The notes under the pieces are model-generated. The model ran no database searches and had not been told where the DNA came from. It worked only from the letters and a program-made list of their open reading frames with translations. A stretch of DNA of 64,000 bases, from positions 128,001 through 192,000 of the forward strand of contig CAWAIK010000001.1 in assembly GCA_963782115.1 (NCBI GenBank), in the 5' to 3' direction. The translations under genes and the position numbers were made by a program. The DNA is from an uncultured Verrucomicrobiae bacterium (GTDB lineage Bacteria > Verrucomicrobiota > Verrucomicrobiia > Chthoniobacterales > JAFAMB01). Positions 1 to 11,037 of this stretch are shown here, one piece after another (positions within the stretch are counted from its first letter, which is position 1; every line of letters begins with the position of its first letter).

Positions 1-983
1 TCGATCCGGGAGCCAATGCTACCCTCGGCGGAATGGCGGCCACGCGCGCCTCGGGCACCACCACGGTCCGCTACGGCACGATGCGGGAAAACGTCCTATC
101 ACTTACTGTTGTCTTGCCGGATGGACGCGTTATCCGGACGGCACGCCGAGCGCGGAAATCATCGGCAGGCTATGATCTGACCCGTCTCTTCGTCGGTTCG
201 GAGGGGACACTCGGGGTAATCACCGAGGTGACGGTCCGGCTTTACGGCATTCCGTCCGCGATTTCGGCGGCGACCTGCTCTTTCCCCAGCGTAGAGTCCG
301 CGGTCAACGCAGTGATCCAAATCATTCAGGAGGGTATAGCGGTGGCGCGCATTGAACTGGCCGACGAAGCCACCATGGACTCAATCATTCGGTATTCGAA
401 GCTCGATTTGCCCGTCGCGCCGATGCTTTGGATGGAGTTCCACGGCACGGAGAATGGTGTGGCGGAACAAGCTCAAATGGTCCAGAGAATCGCCGCTGAT
501 CAGGATGGTACTCATTTCGCTTGGGCAACCAAACCGGAGCAACGCCACAAGCTATGGCAGGCGCGACACGACACGTATTACGCATGGAAAGCGTCGCGAC
601 CGGGCGCGGAGCTCTGGGCGACCGATGTCTGCGTGCCGATTTCCCGGCTCGCCGAATGCATCACCGAGACGCAACAGGACATCGCGGCTTCCTTTCTGCC
701 GGCAGGCATCGTCGGGCACGCGGGAGACGGCAATTTTCACGTCGGCTTCATGCTCAACCCAAAAGAACCGAAGGAGATGGCGGAAGCCGAACGACTCAAT
801 CAACGGCTCGTATATCGCGCGTTGTCGCTTGACGGAACCTGCACTGGCGAGCACGGCATCGGCTGCGGCAAGATCGACTTCCTGAGCGCCGAGCACGGCG
901 AGGCGATGAGCGTGATGCGCGCCATCAAGACGGCGATCGACCCTGACAATATTATGAACCCCGGTAAGATTTTCCGCGACTGA
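1..983 (+). CDS. FAD-linked oxidase, D-lactate dehydrogenase (cytochrome)/GlcD-like; 5' end outside window
   Basis: Frame open from window start (DPGANATLGGMAATRASG); GYDLTRLFVGSEGTLG, GHAGDGNFH, GEHGIG and NPGK motifs of FAD-oxidase_C proteins. Confidence 0.9.
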   Translation, partial: DPGANATLGGMAATRASGTTTVRYGTMRENVLSLTVVLPDGRVIRTARRARKSSAGYDLTRLFVGSEGTLGVITEVTVRLYGIPSAISAATCSFPSVESAVNAVIQIIQEGIAVARIELADEATMDSIIRYSKLDLPVAPMLWMEFHGTENGVAEQAQMVQRIAADQDGTHFAWATKPEQRHKLWQARHDTYYAWKASRPGAELWATDVCVPISRLAECITETQQDIAASFLPAGIVGHAGDGNFHVGFMLNPKEPKEMAEAERLNQRLVYRALSLDGTCTGEHGIGCGKIDFLSAEHGEAMSVMRAIKTAIDPDNIMNPGKIFRD

Positions 984-1183
984 TCGACGGCTTTGGCGGT
1001 AATATACGCACTCCCATTTACCCCGTCTCAAGCTGCTTTTGCCTATCAACGCTCAGAGATCGAGAACGACGACGGTTAGGCGATTGCCGGCATGGCCTTA
1101 CCACCTTTTCCGAAGGAGGAGCGTATGCTATTTTCTCTAGCTTCCAACGCTCTTCCTCCATCGTTTCATTCAAAAAGGCATCT

Positions 1184-2470
1184 ATGTCATCCCTAACCCT
1201 CTCACAGTCCGGCCCGCCGGGTTCTTACCTGAGCAACGACCAGGTTTTCGAGATGATTCGCGAGGCTTGTCCGGCTTCGGAATTTCGCGGAAAAAAGGTG
1301 CTCCTGATCGTTCCTGACGGGACGCGAACATGTCCTTTGGGAATGCTCTTCAAAGGAATTTTCGACCAGATCGCCGCTCGCGCCGCCGTGCTCGACGTGA
1401 TGATCGCGCTCGGCACGCATCAACCAATGAATGAAGAGGCTATCTGCCATCGGCTGGAAATATCTGTCGAGGAGCGCCGCGCAAAATACGGGTCGGTACG
1501 GTTTTACAATCACGAGTGGGATAATTCGCTAGCCTTGAAACACATCGGCACCATTTCGGCAAAGGAGATCAAAGATCTCAGCGGCGGCCTCTTTGCGATG
1601 GATGTACCCGTCAACGTCAACCAAAGGGTCTTTGAATATGACCAGCTCATCATCGTCGGACCGGTTTTTCCGCACGAGGTCGTGGGGTTTTCCGGAGGTA
1701 ACAAATACCTGTTTCCAGGTGTCAGCGGACCGGAAGTGCTGAACTTCTTCCATTGGCTTGGGGCGGTAGTCACCAACCCCATGATCATCGGCAATAAATA
1801 CACGCCGGTGCGCAAAGTCGTGGATCGGGCAGCCTCGATGGTTACGGTACCAAAACTAGCTTTCTGCATGGTGGTCGACCATGCACAACTGGCGGGCCTC
1901 TTTGTCGGCTCACCGGAGAACGCTTGGGATCAGGCAAGCGACTTGTCACGAACGCTCCACATTACTTATAAGGAGCGCCCATTCCCCACCGTGCTGTCGT
2001 GCGCGCCGCCGATGTACGACGAACTTTGGGTCGGCGGCAAATGCATGTACAAACTCGAACCGGTGGTGGCCGATGGGGGCGAACTCATCATCTATGCGCC
2101 CCACATCCACGAGATCTCGGTCACCCACGGCGCCCTGATCCGGAGTATCGGTTACCATTGCCGGGATTACTTCCTGAAACAATGGGACAAGTACAAGGAC
2201 GTCGCCTGGGGTGTGTTGGCCCATTCCACGCACGTCCGCGGGATCGGCAGCTACGAGGATGGAATCGAGCGCTGCCGGGTCCAGGTGACCCTCGCGACCG
2301 GGATTCCCAAAGAGATTTGCGCGGAGATCAATCTTGGCTATCGCGATCCGGCAACAATCGACCCCAAAGAGTTTGCCGACCGCGAAGAGGAAGGCGTCCT
2401 GCTGGTTCCGAAAGCAGGCGAAATGTTGTATCACCTGCGCAACCGTCCCGGTTGGGCGCGCGAAATGTGA
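1184..2470 (+). CDS. Lactate racemase (LarA/DUF2088) family protein
   Basis: 428 aa; LIVPDGTR, IALGTH, NHEW, PHEVVGFSGGNKYLFPG motifs. Confidence 0.85.
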   Translation: MSSLTLSQSGPPGSYLSNDQVFEMIREACPASEFRGKKVLLIVPDGTRTCPLGMLFKGIFDQIAARAAVLDVMIALGTHQPMNEEAICHRLEISVEERRAKYGSVRFYNHEWDNSLALKHIGTISAKEIKDLSGGLFAMDVPVNVNQRVFEYDQLIIVGPVFPHEVVGFSGGNKYLFPGVSGPEVLNFFHWLGAVVTNPMIIGNKYTPVRKVVDRAASMVTVPKLAFCMVVDHAQLAGLFVGSPENAWDQASDLSRTLHITYKERPFPTVLSCAPPMYDELWVGGKCMYKLEPVVADGGELIIYAPHIHEISVTHGALIRSIGYHCRDYFLKQWDKYKDVAWGVLAHSTHVRGIGSYEDGIERCRVQVTLATGIPKEICAEINLGYRDPATIDPKEFADREEEGVLLVPKAGEMLYHLRNRPGWAREM

Positions 2471-2640
2471 AGAGGACCCTCCAAGTCCAATGGGTACCTT
2501 GGGAAAACGGGCTCGAAAGTTTCCGGGCGGTGGCCGTGGTCGTAGCGGCTCTGTCGATCAGTATCGGCTGCGGGTTGAAACCTGGGGTGCGGTTTTTTGA
2601 TAGCACCTAGTCTAGTTCGAGTTCTCGTAGGGGCAAGTTC

Positions 2641-3765
2641 ATGAAGAAACATGACAACCGCGTGGACGATGCGACACGCTCAAAAGGCCCCGCGAACATG
2701 GAGCAGTTTCTTGCTCTTCACGAATTCGAGCCGGAAGCCCGCCAGCGGCTGCCGCATGCGGTGTACGAGTACGTGGCGGGTGGCGCCGGCCACGAGCACT
2801 CCATACGCGCCAACGAAGAAAGCTACCAAAGGATTTTTTTGCGGCCTCGCGTGCTTCGGTCCGTGGTGCCCGTGGATTTGGGGCAGGAACTCTTTGGCAG
2901 GTCTTTACCTGCGCCCTTCCTTCTTGCGCCAGCCGCCTACCAACGGCTTATGCACCCGGAAGGCGAACTTGGCTCCGTCCGGGGCGCATTGCGCCACGGC
3001 GTCCCTTTTGTCCTCAGCTCCAACGGGACGGTGTCGATCGAGGAGATCACGGCGGTGCCCGGGGCTCGGTGTTGGTTCCAGCTCTACGTTCAAGGCGGCC
3101 GCCGATTCACGCGCGACTCGATCGCGCGGGTCGAAGCCGCTGGCTGCGAAGCGGTGTGCGTGACGGTCGATACGCCCGTGCTCGGGTTACGCCCTCGCCA
3201 ACTGCGGGCTGGCTTTCGTATTCCGGCCGATGTTCCCCTGCCGCACGCGGCACGTGTGCGAGCCGCGTCGGACCCCGGTGCCCACAGCGCGGTGACGTGG
3301 CGCGACGTCGACTGGTTGCGTTCGGTGGTGAAAAGCAAGCTGTTGCTCAAAGGCATCCTGCACCCAGCCGACGCGGAATTGGCGATTAAGGCGGGGGTTG
3401 ACGGAATCATGGTTTCGAATCACGGCGGACGTAACCTCGACACGATTATTCCCCCCATCGAGGCTTTGCCCGACATCGCCCAACAGGTAGCCGGGCGGGT
3501 TCCGGTGTTGGTGGATGGCGGCATCCGGCGCGGCACCGACGCGCTGAAAGCCCTGATCCGCGGCGCAAACGCGGTCCTGATTGGGCGACCGTACTTGTAC
3601 GCTTTGGTTGTCGGCGGAACGGATGGGGTGGCGCGGTGCCTTTCGCTGATAATCGAGGAGTTGCGTCTCGCTTTGGCTCTGGTCGGAGCGGCTTCCCTGC
3701 GCGAGCTCAACCGCGACCTGGAGTGGCCGGCTCCCGCCAACATTGGGCCGCCCAGATCAACCTGA
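2641..3765 (+). CDS. FMN-dependent alpha-hydroxy acid oxidase/dehydrogenase (LldD/glycolate oxidase family)
   Basis: [36 protein letters not shown]; start could be ATG 2698. Confidence 0.92.
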   Translation: MKKHDNRVDDATRSKGPANMEQFLALHEFEPEARQRLPHAVYEYVAGGAGHEHSIRANEESYQRIFLRPRVLRSVVPVDLGQELFGRSLPAPFLLAPAAYQRLMHPEGELGSVRGALRHGVPFVLSSNGTVSIEEITAVPGARCWFQLYVQGGRRFTRDSIARVEAAGCEAVCVTVDTPVLGLRPRQLRAGFRIPADVPLPHAARVRAASDPGAHSAVTWRDVDWLRSVVKSKLLLKGILHPADAELAIKAGVDGIMVSNHGGRNLDTIIPPIEALPDIAQQVAGRVPVLVDGGIRRGTDALKALIRGANAVLIGRPYLYALVVGGTDGVARCLSLIIEELRLALALVGAASLRELNRDLEWPAPANIGPPRST

Positions 3766-4090
3766 AGCAGTTGACAAGCAGTTGCCAGTTGTCAGTGTCA
3801 GTGTCAGTGTCAGTGGCGAGAATAATTAGCTCGAGGTCAGTGTCACCTTTTGATGCGTGATCGAGAAGTTTCCGGTTGCTGGCCCTCGATTTCAATTTCT
3901 CTCTCGATGAGCTCACCCATCAAAATGCAGACCTCCATCGACCCTTCCTTTTCCCACTGACACTGACAACTGAGAACTGACAACTGGCCCGACCCTTCCT
4001 CTTCCCACTGACACCGATAGCTGGCCCGACTCTTCCTCCCCACTGGCACTGACAACCGACCACTGATAACTTCCTCCCCCACTGACAACT
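3766..4090. repeat. CAGTTGTCAGTGTCAG-family palindromic intergenic element
   Basis: Runs of (t)gtcagt at the left facing actgac(a) runs at the right; interior gtggcgagaataattagctcgag..tcagtgtcacctttgatgcgtg repeated at 4756-4802. Confidence 0.85.
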
Positions 4091-4093
4091 TCT

Positions 4094-4567
4094 TTATTGG
4101 CTGCAAAAGGCTGTCTGTGCCCGCTTGCTTATTTCTTCCGGTGTCAGGTCCTCCTTATGCGTTGCCAAGGACCAATGATGTCCGAATGGGTCCACCAGCC
4201 TTCCGTAGCGATCGCCCCAAAACATGTCCGCCACGGGCATAGTCTGTTCGGCACCCGCTGCCAAAGCGGCGTTGAAAGTGGAGTCGACGTCCTCCACGAA
4301 CAGATGAATCGTGACGGGACTTTTACCGCCGATTTCCGGTCCCTGGCAGCCCATCTCTGGAAATTCATCCACCAGAAAGAGAATGGAGTCCCCGATTTTG
4401 AGTGCCGCATGCATGATCGATTTGCCATCCGGCCCAGGCAGGCGATTAAGTTCTTCCGCCCCAAAAGCCTTCTTATAAAACTCAATGGCTTGACTGGCTC
4501 CTTTCACCACCAGGTGAGGAGTGATGGTGTGATAGCCTTCAGGAACTGGCTTGATTTGATGTGTCAT
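4094..4567 (-). CDS. VOC/PhnB family (glyoxalase-like) protein
   Basis: PVPEGYHTITPHL, AIEFYKKAFGA, DMFWGDRYG..DPFGHHW; ATG 4567. Confidence 0.9.
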   Translation of the reverse strand: MTHQIKPVPEGYHTITPHLVVKGASQAIEFYKKAFGAEELNRLPGPDGKSIMHAALKIGDSILFLVDEFPEMGCQGPEIGGKSPVTIHLFVEDVDSTFNAALAAGAEQTMPVADMFWGDRYGRLVDPFGHHWSLATHKEDLTPEEISKRAQTAFCSQ

Positions 4568-4720
4568 ATTCGTGGTCTTTTCTTTCTTCAAATGCTGTTG
4601 CTTGAAATGGCCGCTCCGGCAAACATATTTTCCGTGTCTAAATTTCGTTGAATATTACCGGATTCAATTATCCGACGAACCAGCCGCACCATTCAGGACA
4701 TTGAGCGGAAGCTTTTTTTT

Positions 4721-4900
4721 CAGTTCTCAGTTGTCGCTTCTCAGTTCTCAGTGTCAGTGGCGAGAATAATTAGCTCGAGATCAGTGTCACCTTTGATGCG
4801 TGGTTTGCCGACCGCCCTCGATTTCATTTCTCTCCCTCTGAATCAGCTCTCCTCTCAAAATGCACACTTCCATCGACTCTCCCACTGACACTGACAACTG
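4721..4900. repeat. Second copy of the CAGTTGTCAG-bounded element
   Basis: Colinear similarity with 3786-3975; ends cccactgacactgacaactg. Confidence 0.8.
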
Positions 4901-5412
4901 CTCAATCGAAGAAGCCATGGCAACGGCCACCGGGCCTGTCTGGTTCCAGCTCTACGTGTTGAAAGATCGGGGATTCTCAGCCTCGCTCGTCAAGCGCGCC
5001 GAAGCCGCCGGTTGCCAGGCCATCGTGTTGACGGTCGACGCGCCAGTGCTGGGCAAGCGCGAACGCGACTTACGAAACCGCTTTACCTTGCCGGAGCATG
5101 GGCAGCTCCGAGCTGTCCCCCTACATCGCCTCGCTATTTGATGCGGCGTTGACCTGGAAAGACGTCGAGTGGCTGGCTGGGGTAACGAAACTGCCAATCC
5201 TGGTGAAAGGTATTTTGCGTTTGGATGACGCCCGGCGTGCCACCAAACTCGGCGCCTCCGGCATTATCGTGTCCACGGCGCCCGGCAGTTGGACACGACT
5301 CCGGCGACTATTGCGGTCTTACCCGGGATCGTCGATGCGGTGGACGGTGCCGTTGAAGTCTACGTGGACGGAGGTATCCGACGTGGGACTGACGTGCTCA
5401 AAGCAATGGCTT
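4899..5412 (+). pseudogene. Alpha-hydroxy acid oxidase paralog, 5'-truncated and frameshifted
   Basis: SIEE..WFQLY..LTVDAPVLGKRERD, then LTWKDVEWL..PILVKG in another frame, then [14 protein letters not shown] in a third. Confidence 0.85.
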
Positions 5413-5515
5413 ACTCTGACCCTCGCTAATAAAAGCGGTTTGCGACGGGTGCTTCTGCGTTCTCACCGATGGTGATTGGCAAATTCATTTATTTGCGGGA
5501 TAACATCGCCTCACG

Positions 5516-7198
5516 ATGAACGAATCACAGGAGCCGTCCCTTGCAATGAATGAGCGTTCGTTGGCTTTGGCAGAAGGATTTTCCAGCAGCAATGAGGATA
5601 GGCTGTATCTTGCACTTAGCTCGGCAGGCATGGGTACCTGGGATTGGCATCCGTTCGCATTCTCCATGCATTGGGACGAACGGATGCACGCGCTCTTTGG
5701 GCTTGCGCCCTCAACCTTCGGCGGGCGCTATGAACAGTTCCTTGAGATGATTCATCCTGAGGACCGACAGCAAGTAGCCGAGGAATTTGCCCAGGCACTT
5801 GAAAGGCGTTCGGAATATGACGGAGCATTCCGCGTGTTCTGGCCCATGGATCAGAGTATTCACACACTCAGGACGAGATCAAAAGTGTCTTGTAATCAGC
5901 AGGGAAAGCCGATGCGCGTGACTGGCATCTCATGGGACGTGACGGAGCGCTCCGAAATGGAGAATGCTCTCGTACGAGAGCGCTTTTTCCTGAAGACACT
6001 GATGGATAATCTGCCCGATAGCATCTACTTCAAGGACGGGGAGAGCCGCTTTCTTGCGGTAAGTCGCGCGATGGTAGATCGATCCGGCCTCAAAGATCCG
6101 GGAGCCCTGCTCGGCAAGACCGATGCCGATCTGTTCGCTCCCGAACATGCCGAGGCCGCGCTCCACGATGAACAGGAGATTCTAAGCACCGGACAGCCTC
6201 TGGTGAATCTGGAGGAAAAGGAGACCTGGTCTGATGGGCGTGAGACCTGGGTTTCCACGACAAAGTTGCCGCTGCGAGATCCGAGCGGACAGATCATCGG
6301 GACCTTTGGCCTCTCGCGGGACATTACGGAAAAAAAGCGAGTCGAGGAAGAACTGGCCACGATGGCGAGAGAATTGCGCGCCAAGAACGAAGCCCTTGAG
6401 CAGGATCTGGAAATGGCCCGGGAACTTCAGCAGGCGATGCTGCCGCACCGCTATCCCTGCTTTCCGCATCGTGAATCCAAAGAAGAGAGTGCGGTGAACT
6501 TTTACCACTTTTATCTGCCCTCCATGAGCGTCAGCGGCGACTTTTTCGAAGTCCTGAAACTCTCCGATACCAATGTAGGGGTCTTCATCTGCGACGTGAT
6601 GGGACACGGGGTACGTGCGGCTCTTGTGGCCTCCACCGTTAGTGCTTTGGTGGGTCAACTGCGAGATTATTGGGGAGATCCGGGGGAGTTGCTTTGCCGG
6701 CTCAATCGGGCACTGCGCTCAACACTGGAGTATAGTGAGGTCCCGCTCTTTGCTTCGGCCTTTTACCTGCTGGCGGATTTGGAGAAAGGCGAATTGAACT
6801 ATGCGAATGCGGGACATCCCAATCCTTTGCTCGTTCATTGCGGAAGAGATCGCGCCGACACCTACCCTCTGAACGGCAGCAAGCACGGGCCGGCACTCGG
6901 GCTTTTCGAAGACCCGCTTTATCCCAACTGCCGTTGTAAACTCTCGTCGAACGACACGGTGCTTCTCTTTACCGATGGATTATTTGAAGTCGAGGGACCT
7001 GGCGGAGACATCTATGACTATCGGCGTTTGCTGGAGGCTGTGAACATGCGCCGTGAATTGCCCGCCTTTCAATTATGTAATGAAGTCATTGAAGAAGTCC
7101 AGCGGTTCTCGGCAGGCAGACATTTTAACGATGATGTGTGCCTCGTTGCAATGGAATATAATCGGCTGCGGTTCAACCCAAAAGACGCTTCGACGTAG
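5516..7198 (+). CDS. PAS/PAC sensor with SpoIIE/PP2C serine phosphatase domain
   Basis: GMGTWDW PAS_3 and LPDSIYFKD PAS_4 segments; SGDFF, DVMGHG, NAGHP, FTDGLFE, DDVCL. Confidence 0.92.
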   Translation: MNESQEPSLAMNERSLALAEGFSSSNEDRLYLALSSAGMGTWDWHPFAFSMHWDERMHALFGLAPSTFGGRYEQFLEMIHPEDRQQVAEEFAQALERRSEYDGAFRVFWPMDQSIHTLRTRSKVSCNQQGKPMRVTGISWDVTERSEMENALVRERFFLKTLMDNLPDSIYFKDGESRFLAVSRAMVDRSGLKDPGALLGKTDADLFAPEHAEAALHDEQEILSTGQPLVNLEEKETWSDGRETWVSTTKLPLRDPSGQIIGTFGLSRDITEKKRVEEELATMARELRAKNEALEQDLEMARELQQAMLPHRYPCFPHRESKEESAVNFYHFYLPSMSVSGDFFEVLKLSDTNVGVFICDVMGHGVRAALVASTVSALVGQLRDYWGDPGELLCRLNRALRSTLEYSEVPLFASAFYLLADLEKGELNYANAGHPNPLLVHCGRDRADTYPLNGSKHGPALGLFEDPLYPNCRCKLSSNDTVLLFTDGLFEVEGPGGDIYDYRRLLEAVNMRRELPAFQLCNEVIEEVQRFSAGRHFNDDVCLVAMEYNRLRFNPKDAST

Positions 7199-7547
7199 TC
7201 CCAGACCTAGTGTAAAAACAGCCAACTGACCTGCGGCGACATCACCATTATATGCAAGACGGTGCACTAATACTAGTGTGGCGTCTCGCCCAGCCGATCC
7301 GCAAAGTGCATGACTTGGGCTGGAAGCCGTTGTTCTCCCTGTCCTATACGTCGCCTCCATCGGAGCAGTGATAGAACCGGCGGTTCCGACGCTGCTGCCG
7401 AGCATCAAGGCCGAAGGCATCGAGGACGATAACGATTTGGGTGGATTGGAAGAAGGGGCAAGAATTTAAGAATCAACCAAGTGCCTTTGCTCGCTTCCGA
7501 AGGCCAGCGAAGGATCTGAGCTGGACTGACAGAACAAAAGTGATCGC

Positions 7548-8465
7548 ATGAACAGAAGGCGTCTATTGCAGCTCGCTGCAGCAGTGATCCCATTCCTGCC
7601 AAGCATTTGGTCGTGGGTGCTCGGCCCGTTACGAGCTGGATCGGCAGCCCGTTCCATGTCCCGTGTCCGTCCGGCTGACCCGGAGTGGCCCTCCGAAGCG
7701 AGTTGGAACCGGCTCAACCAGGAAGTTGGGGGTCGAATTCTACAACGAGTCGCTGCTCAATCCCGACTGGGGTCAGCAGATTGCCCTCCGGCCGGGTAAC
7801 GCTCTCGAGATCGCCATGGCGTTTCAAGGGCTCAACCGGCAGCAGGCGGAGACGATCTGGAGACCCTTCCTCGAGTGGCTAGCGAGTTCTTCCCAAGATT
7901 TCAGCATCGTGTCAGAGCCGAAGGTCCTGGATGGGCCGGCTCGGCACTTTTGGGACCCGCGATCTCTCAAGAAAGTCCCCGGATTGGTCCTTACCGATGA
8001 CCGCCCAGGCGCCCCGGAAGCCAATGTGTTCTGGGCGAGCAATCTGGGAGAGGCGGGAATGGTCCTGCACGGCTATCAATCCGCATGGATCCCTGTCTCG
8101 CTCCTCCAGGCGGACCAACAAGGAAAACTCGCCGATTCCCTATGCGCTGCGGCTCGGCATTGGGAGGTGCTTCTGCATTTCAATAAGGGCCTTGCGGGCG
8201 CCGCTCCCGAAGCGATCGATGCAGCCAAAAATACGGCGATAAATCCGGCTGTTCTGGACGCTTTCGCGCTGCTTATCTGCGCGGCCTTGGAGCCGCCAGC
8301 CTATCCCGGCATTCCTGGTCACGAGCCAGACCTCGCGGCCGCTCGCGAGAATGTAGAAATGATTAAGAAGTGCAATGAACGAGATCAGGAAGGTGCTGCC
8401 GAGCGTCGGCTCCTATGTGGCGGAGAGCGATTTCTTTGACAACGGGTGGCGGGAGTCGTTTGGGG
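7548..8465 (+). pseudogene. Tat-exported FAD/BBE-family oxidoreductase with internal deletion
   Basis: MNRRRLLQ Tat leader and RVRP..WPS..W..L...VGGR N-terminus jump at about 7735 straight to the C-terminal half; frameshift before GSYVAESDFF; 3' truncated. Confidence 0.75.
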
Positions 8466-8469
8466 AACC

Positions 8470-8564
8470 AACCCCATTCGCGTCAGCCACAAGGCTAACA
8501 TTAAGCCCGTCGGACCTGCACCAACGATCGGAACGTCAGTTTGGGGATTCGAAGGTGCATTCAT
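8470..8564 (-). pseudogene. N-terminal fragment of FAD-dependent monooxygenase
   Basis: TDVPIVGAGPTGLMLALWLTRMG Rossmann start with no continuation. Confidence 0.7.
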
Positions 8565-8694
8565 CGTCGGAAATCCCTTTTCAAACCGGCTGAGAGCTTT
8601 TTGAAAAGAGCGCCGAAACAATCCGTCAGTTGTTCTCAAGCACCAAGCCGGATATTCCCAACTCCTTCTTTCTAAGGTTGACCTTCTGGTACAC

Positions 8695-9360
8695 CTACTG
8701 AGCCTGCCGATCCGCGCTTGTCCGGTCGGATACCCGATGCAGGCAGAGCGCGGCGAGCGACGCGAGCAGGGGCAGAAAGGGGATCGCATCGATCGCGCGC
8801 CAGGTGAGAAAGCCGCCGGTGACGGCGCCGGCGACATAGGCTAGGAACATAAAGATCTGCCGCTTGGCGGCCAAGCTCAAGCGATGCGGCGAGCCGAGGA
8901 CGGCGCCGGTCAAGGCAATCACGATCGCGGTAAGGGTACTGGTGAATACGATGGTGGTGACGCCGGGCCGGCCGTCCTGACGCGCCGCGACGCTCTGGAT
9001 TCCCATACCGGCAGCCCCGAGGATGATGAGGATATAGAGAGGCAGGCTCGCGACGGGTTTCTCGGCGAACCGCCAAGCCAGCAGAAAGCCGGTGAGGAGG
9101 CAGGCTTCGACAGCGAGCAGCCAGGCGACGGCGCGGTGCGCCGGCAGCTTGGCGAGGCGGAGATGAAGCAGGGCCGCAGCCAGCGCGGCACCCAACACGA
9201 AGCCGGTGCCGGCGGCCAAGGGCGGTGCGGCGGCGGCCGGATGCCCCTGGCCCAGCGCCAGGCCGAAAAGGGCGGTATTGCCCGTCATCGCTGAGGGCAA
9301 CGCCCCGCCGAGGGCGAAGAAGCCGAGCGCATCCATATTGCCGGCGCCGATGGCGAGCAT
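8695..9360 (-). CDS. YoaK/DUF1275 family membrane protein
   Basis: AGNMDALGF, SAMTGNT, AMGIQS-like, TTIVFTSTL motifs; true start probably slightly upstream. Confidence 0.8.
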   Translation of the reverse strand: MLAIGAGNMDALGFFALGGALPSAMTGNTALFGLALGQGHPAAAAPPLAAGTGFVLGAALAAALLHLRLAKLPAHRAVAWLLAVEACLLTGFLLAWRFAEKPVASLPLYILIILGAAGMGIQSVAARQDGRPGVTTIVFTSTLTAIVIALTGAVLGSPHRLSLAAKRQIFMFLAYVAGAVTGGFLTWRAIDAIPFLPLLASLAALCLHRVSDRTSADRQAQ

Positions 9361-9548
9361 GGCCAGCCCGCGGTCCGGCCCATCCAGGCGTTCGGTCGGG
9401 CCAGCTTCTGATGTTTCAAACTGTTGGCCTGTTTTGATAAACTCGAAAAGTTTTGCGCAAATGTCGAAGTGCGTTGTTGTTGCACGTCATCACCATGAAG
9501 CCGGGAAAATTCTCCGGCGGCAGCAAACATGAAACCATAACCGACAGC

Positions 9549-9687
9549 ATGACATACGCATTACTCGTCCAGCAATCACAGGAACATTTCGACAAAGGCG
9601 ATAAAGCAGCCGGGAGGGCCTACGATGAGGCCCTGCAAACTGCCGGCGTCTTTGTCGGCGGCGTCGACGTCTTTGGCAGCGAACCAA
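9549..9687 (+). pseudogene. YciI/DGPF-family N-terminal fragment
   Basis: MTYALLV...RAYDEALQTAGVFVGG then runs into a GAGAACGAGCACGA repeat. Confidence 0.5.
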
Positions 9688-9754
9688 AGATCGAGAACGA
9701 GCACGACCATGATAACGAGCACGATTGGGGAGCCGGCGCAGATGGGTGTAATGC

Positions 9755-10321
9755 TCAAGGACCTGGCGATCGCCGGCCGTGCTTTACAAGTTCACGTTTC
9801 GGATACCACGAAGTGAAGCGAGCAGCGCCCCAGATAGCCAGAACCGTCACAATAATGGCCACGAAAGTCGGGAGGCTCGGTACATAGAGCATCATCAGGT
9901 CCGCGGCGACCATCAAGGCGAAGGCTGCGGCCCATACCGCGGTGATGAGGTAGTTGGTGCGGACGAACTCAGGCCGATTCCACAACTCACGTGATACCTG
10001 TTCACGTGCATATTGCAGCGTAAATGGCTGGCGAACTGCGATGGATACGAGCACTACTAACAACAGCCCAGCGTCCACGCACAGCCGCACCGCGGGGACG
10101 GACCATGCCGCATTCACAATGAGGGTATACGCTGCCAAACCGCCAAAGAGGAGGACCGTTCCGACCTCCAGTACTTTCATCGTTTTTTTCCCGCCTACCG
10201 CGTTACGAACCAGCAAGCCTCCTGAAGTAATTGTGGCGCCCACCAAACCCGCCGTAATGCCTAAAAGCCGCTCGACCACGACAAACACAAAGAAAGGCGC
10301 AAATGCTAGCAGAATTCCCAT
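9755..10321 (-). CDS. Conserved hypothetical multi-pass membrane protein
   Basis: Five or six hydrophobic segments; PFTLQYARE..F.RTNY.IT.VW motif; ATG 10321 preceded by GAAGGA. Confidence 0.7.
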   Translation of the reverse strand: MGILLAFAPFFVFVVVERLLGITAGLVGATITSGGLLVRNAVGGKKTMKVLEVGTVLLFGGLAAYTLIVNAAWSVPAVRLCVDAGLLLVVLVSIAVRQPFTLQYAREQVSRELWNRPEFVRTNYLITAVWAAAFALMVAADLMMLYVPSLPTFVAIIVTVLAIWGAARFTSWYPKRELVKHGRRSPGP

Positions 10322-10451
10322 GCTGATTCCTTCGTTCTCGTATGAGTCACTCTGTAGCCCCAAACGATGGTTTGTGACCCTAAGTCAGCTCTTTTGCGAC
10401 CGCAAGATTCGACGGGCAGCTAGGTGGTTGACTCGGCTTGTTGCCCCGGGG

Positions 10452-11037
10452 TTAAAGGCTGCCGGCTTGCGGATTTCTTTGGTGCTCAATGCACCGGCTG
10501 ACGACGGCCAAAAAATTTTTCAACACCAGCGAAGAAGCTTCACGCAGCCAGATCATCCTCAATTGAAATAGAGGCACGGGAGAGGAGAGCCGTCTGATCC
10601 CACAGGCATGGCCTGGGGAACCGACCAGCAACTCCGGTAAGATGGCGACGCCGTAGCCGGCGGGGATCATCCCCAGGATGTTGGCCACTGCGTCGACCGG
10701 GTGGATGGCAGCGGGCGTGAAATCAGCCGCCGCGCAGAGAGCTGAGCCAGCCCTTGGGTATAGCCGGGCGACGTTTCAGGGATGGACTTAGGAGAATTTG
10801 GTTGGAAAGCGCCTCTACGCCGATCTCGGGGGCGGCGTCCCCAAAACCGTGCCCGGCTGGGAGAACAGCGACCATCGGACAAGTCACCAGTTGTCGGGAC
10901 TCGAACCGGCGATCGAGGGAAGTGCCTAAATCCGGGGCGATGCCGAGGTGGATGCGTCGATCGTGCAGAGCTGCCAACTGCTCAGCGCGGTCCATCTCGA
11001 CAAGAAAAATCTCGACCTCCGGAAACTCCTCGCGAAA
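10452..11037 (-). pseudogene. LysR-family substrate-binding domain fragment
   Basis: FREEFPEVEIFLVEM..EQLAAL..RIHLG and AGYGVAILP in different frames; HTH missing. Confidence 0.75.

Noticed and set aside
7205..7280. Mini IS630-like element (CTAGTGTA...TGCACTA)
   Set aside because: Only weak similarity to the IS630 end at 20064-20088; too short to support.
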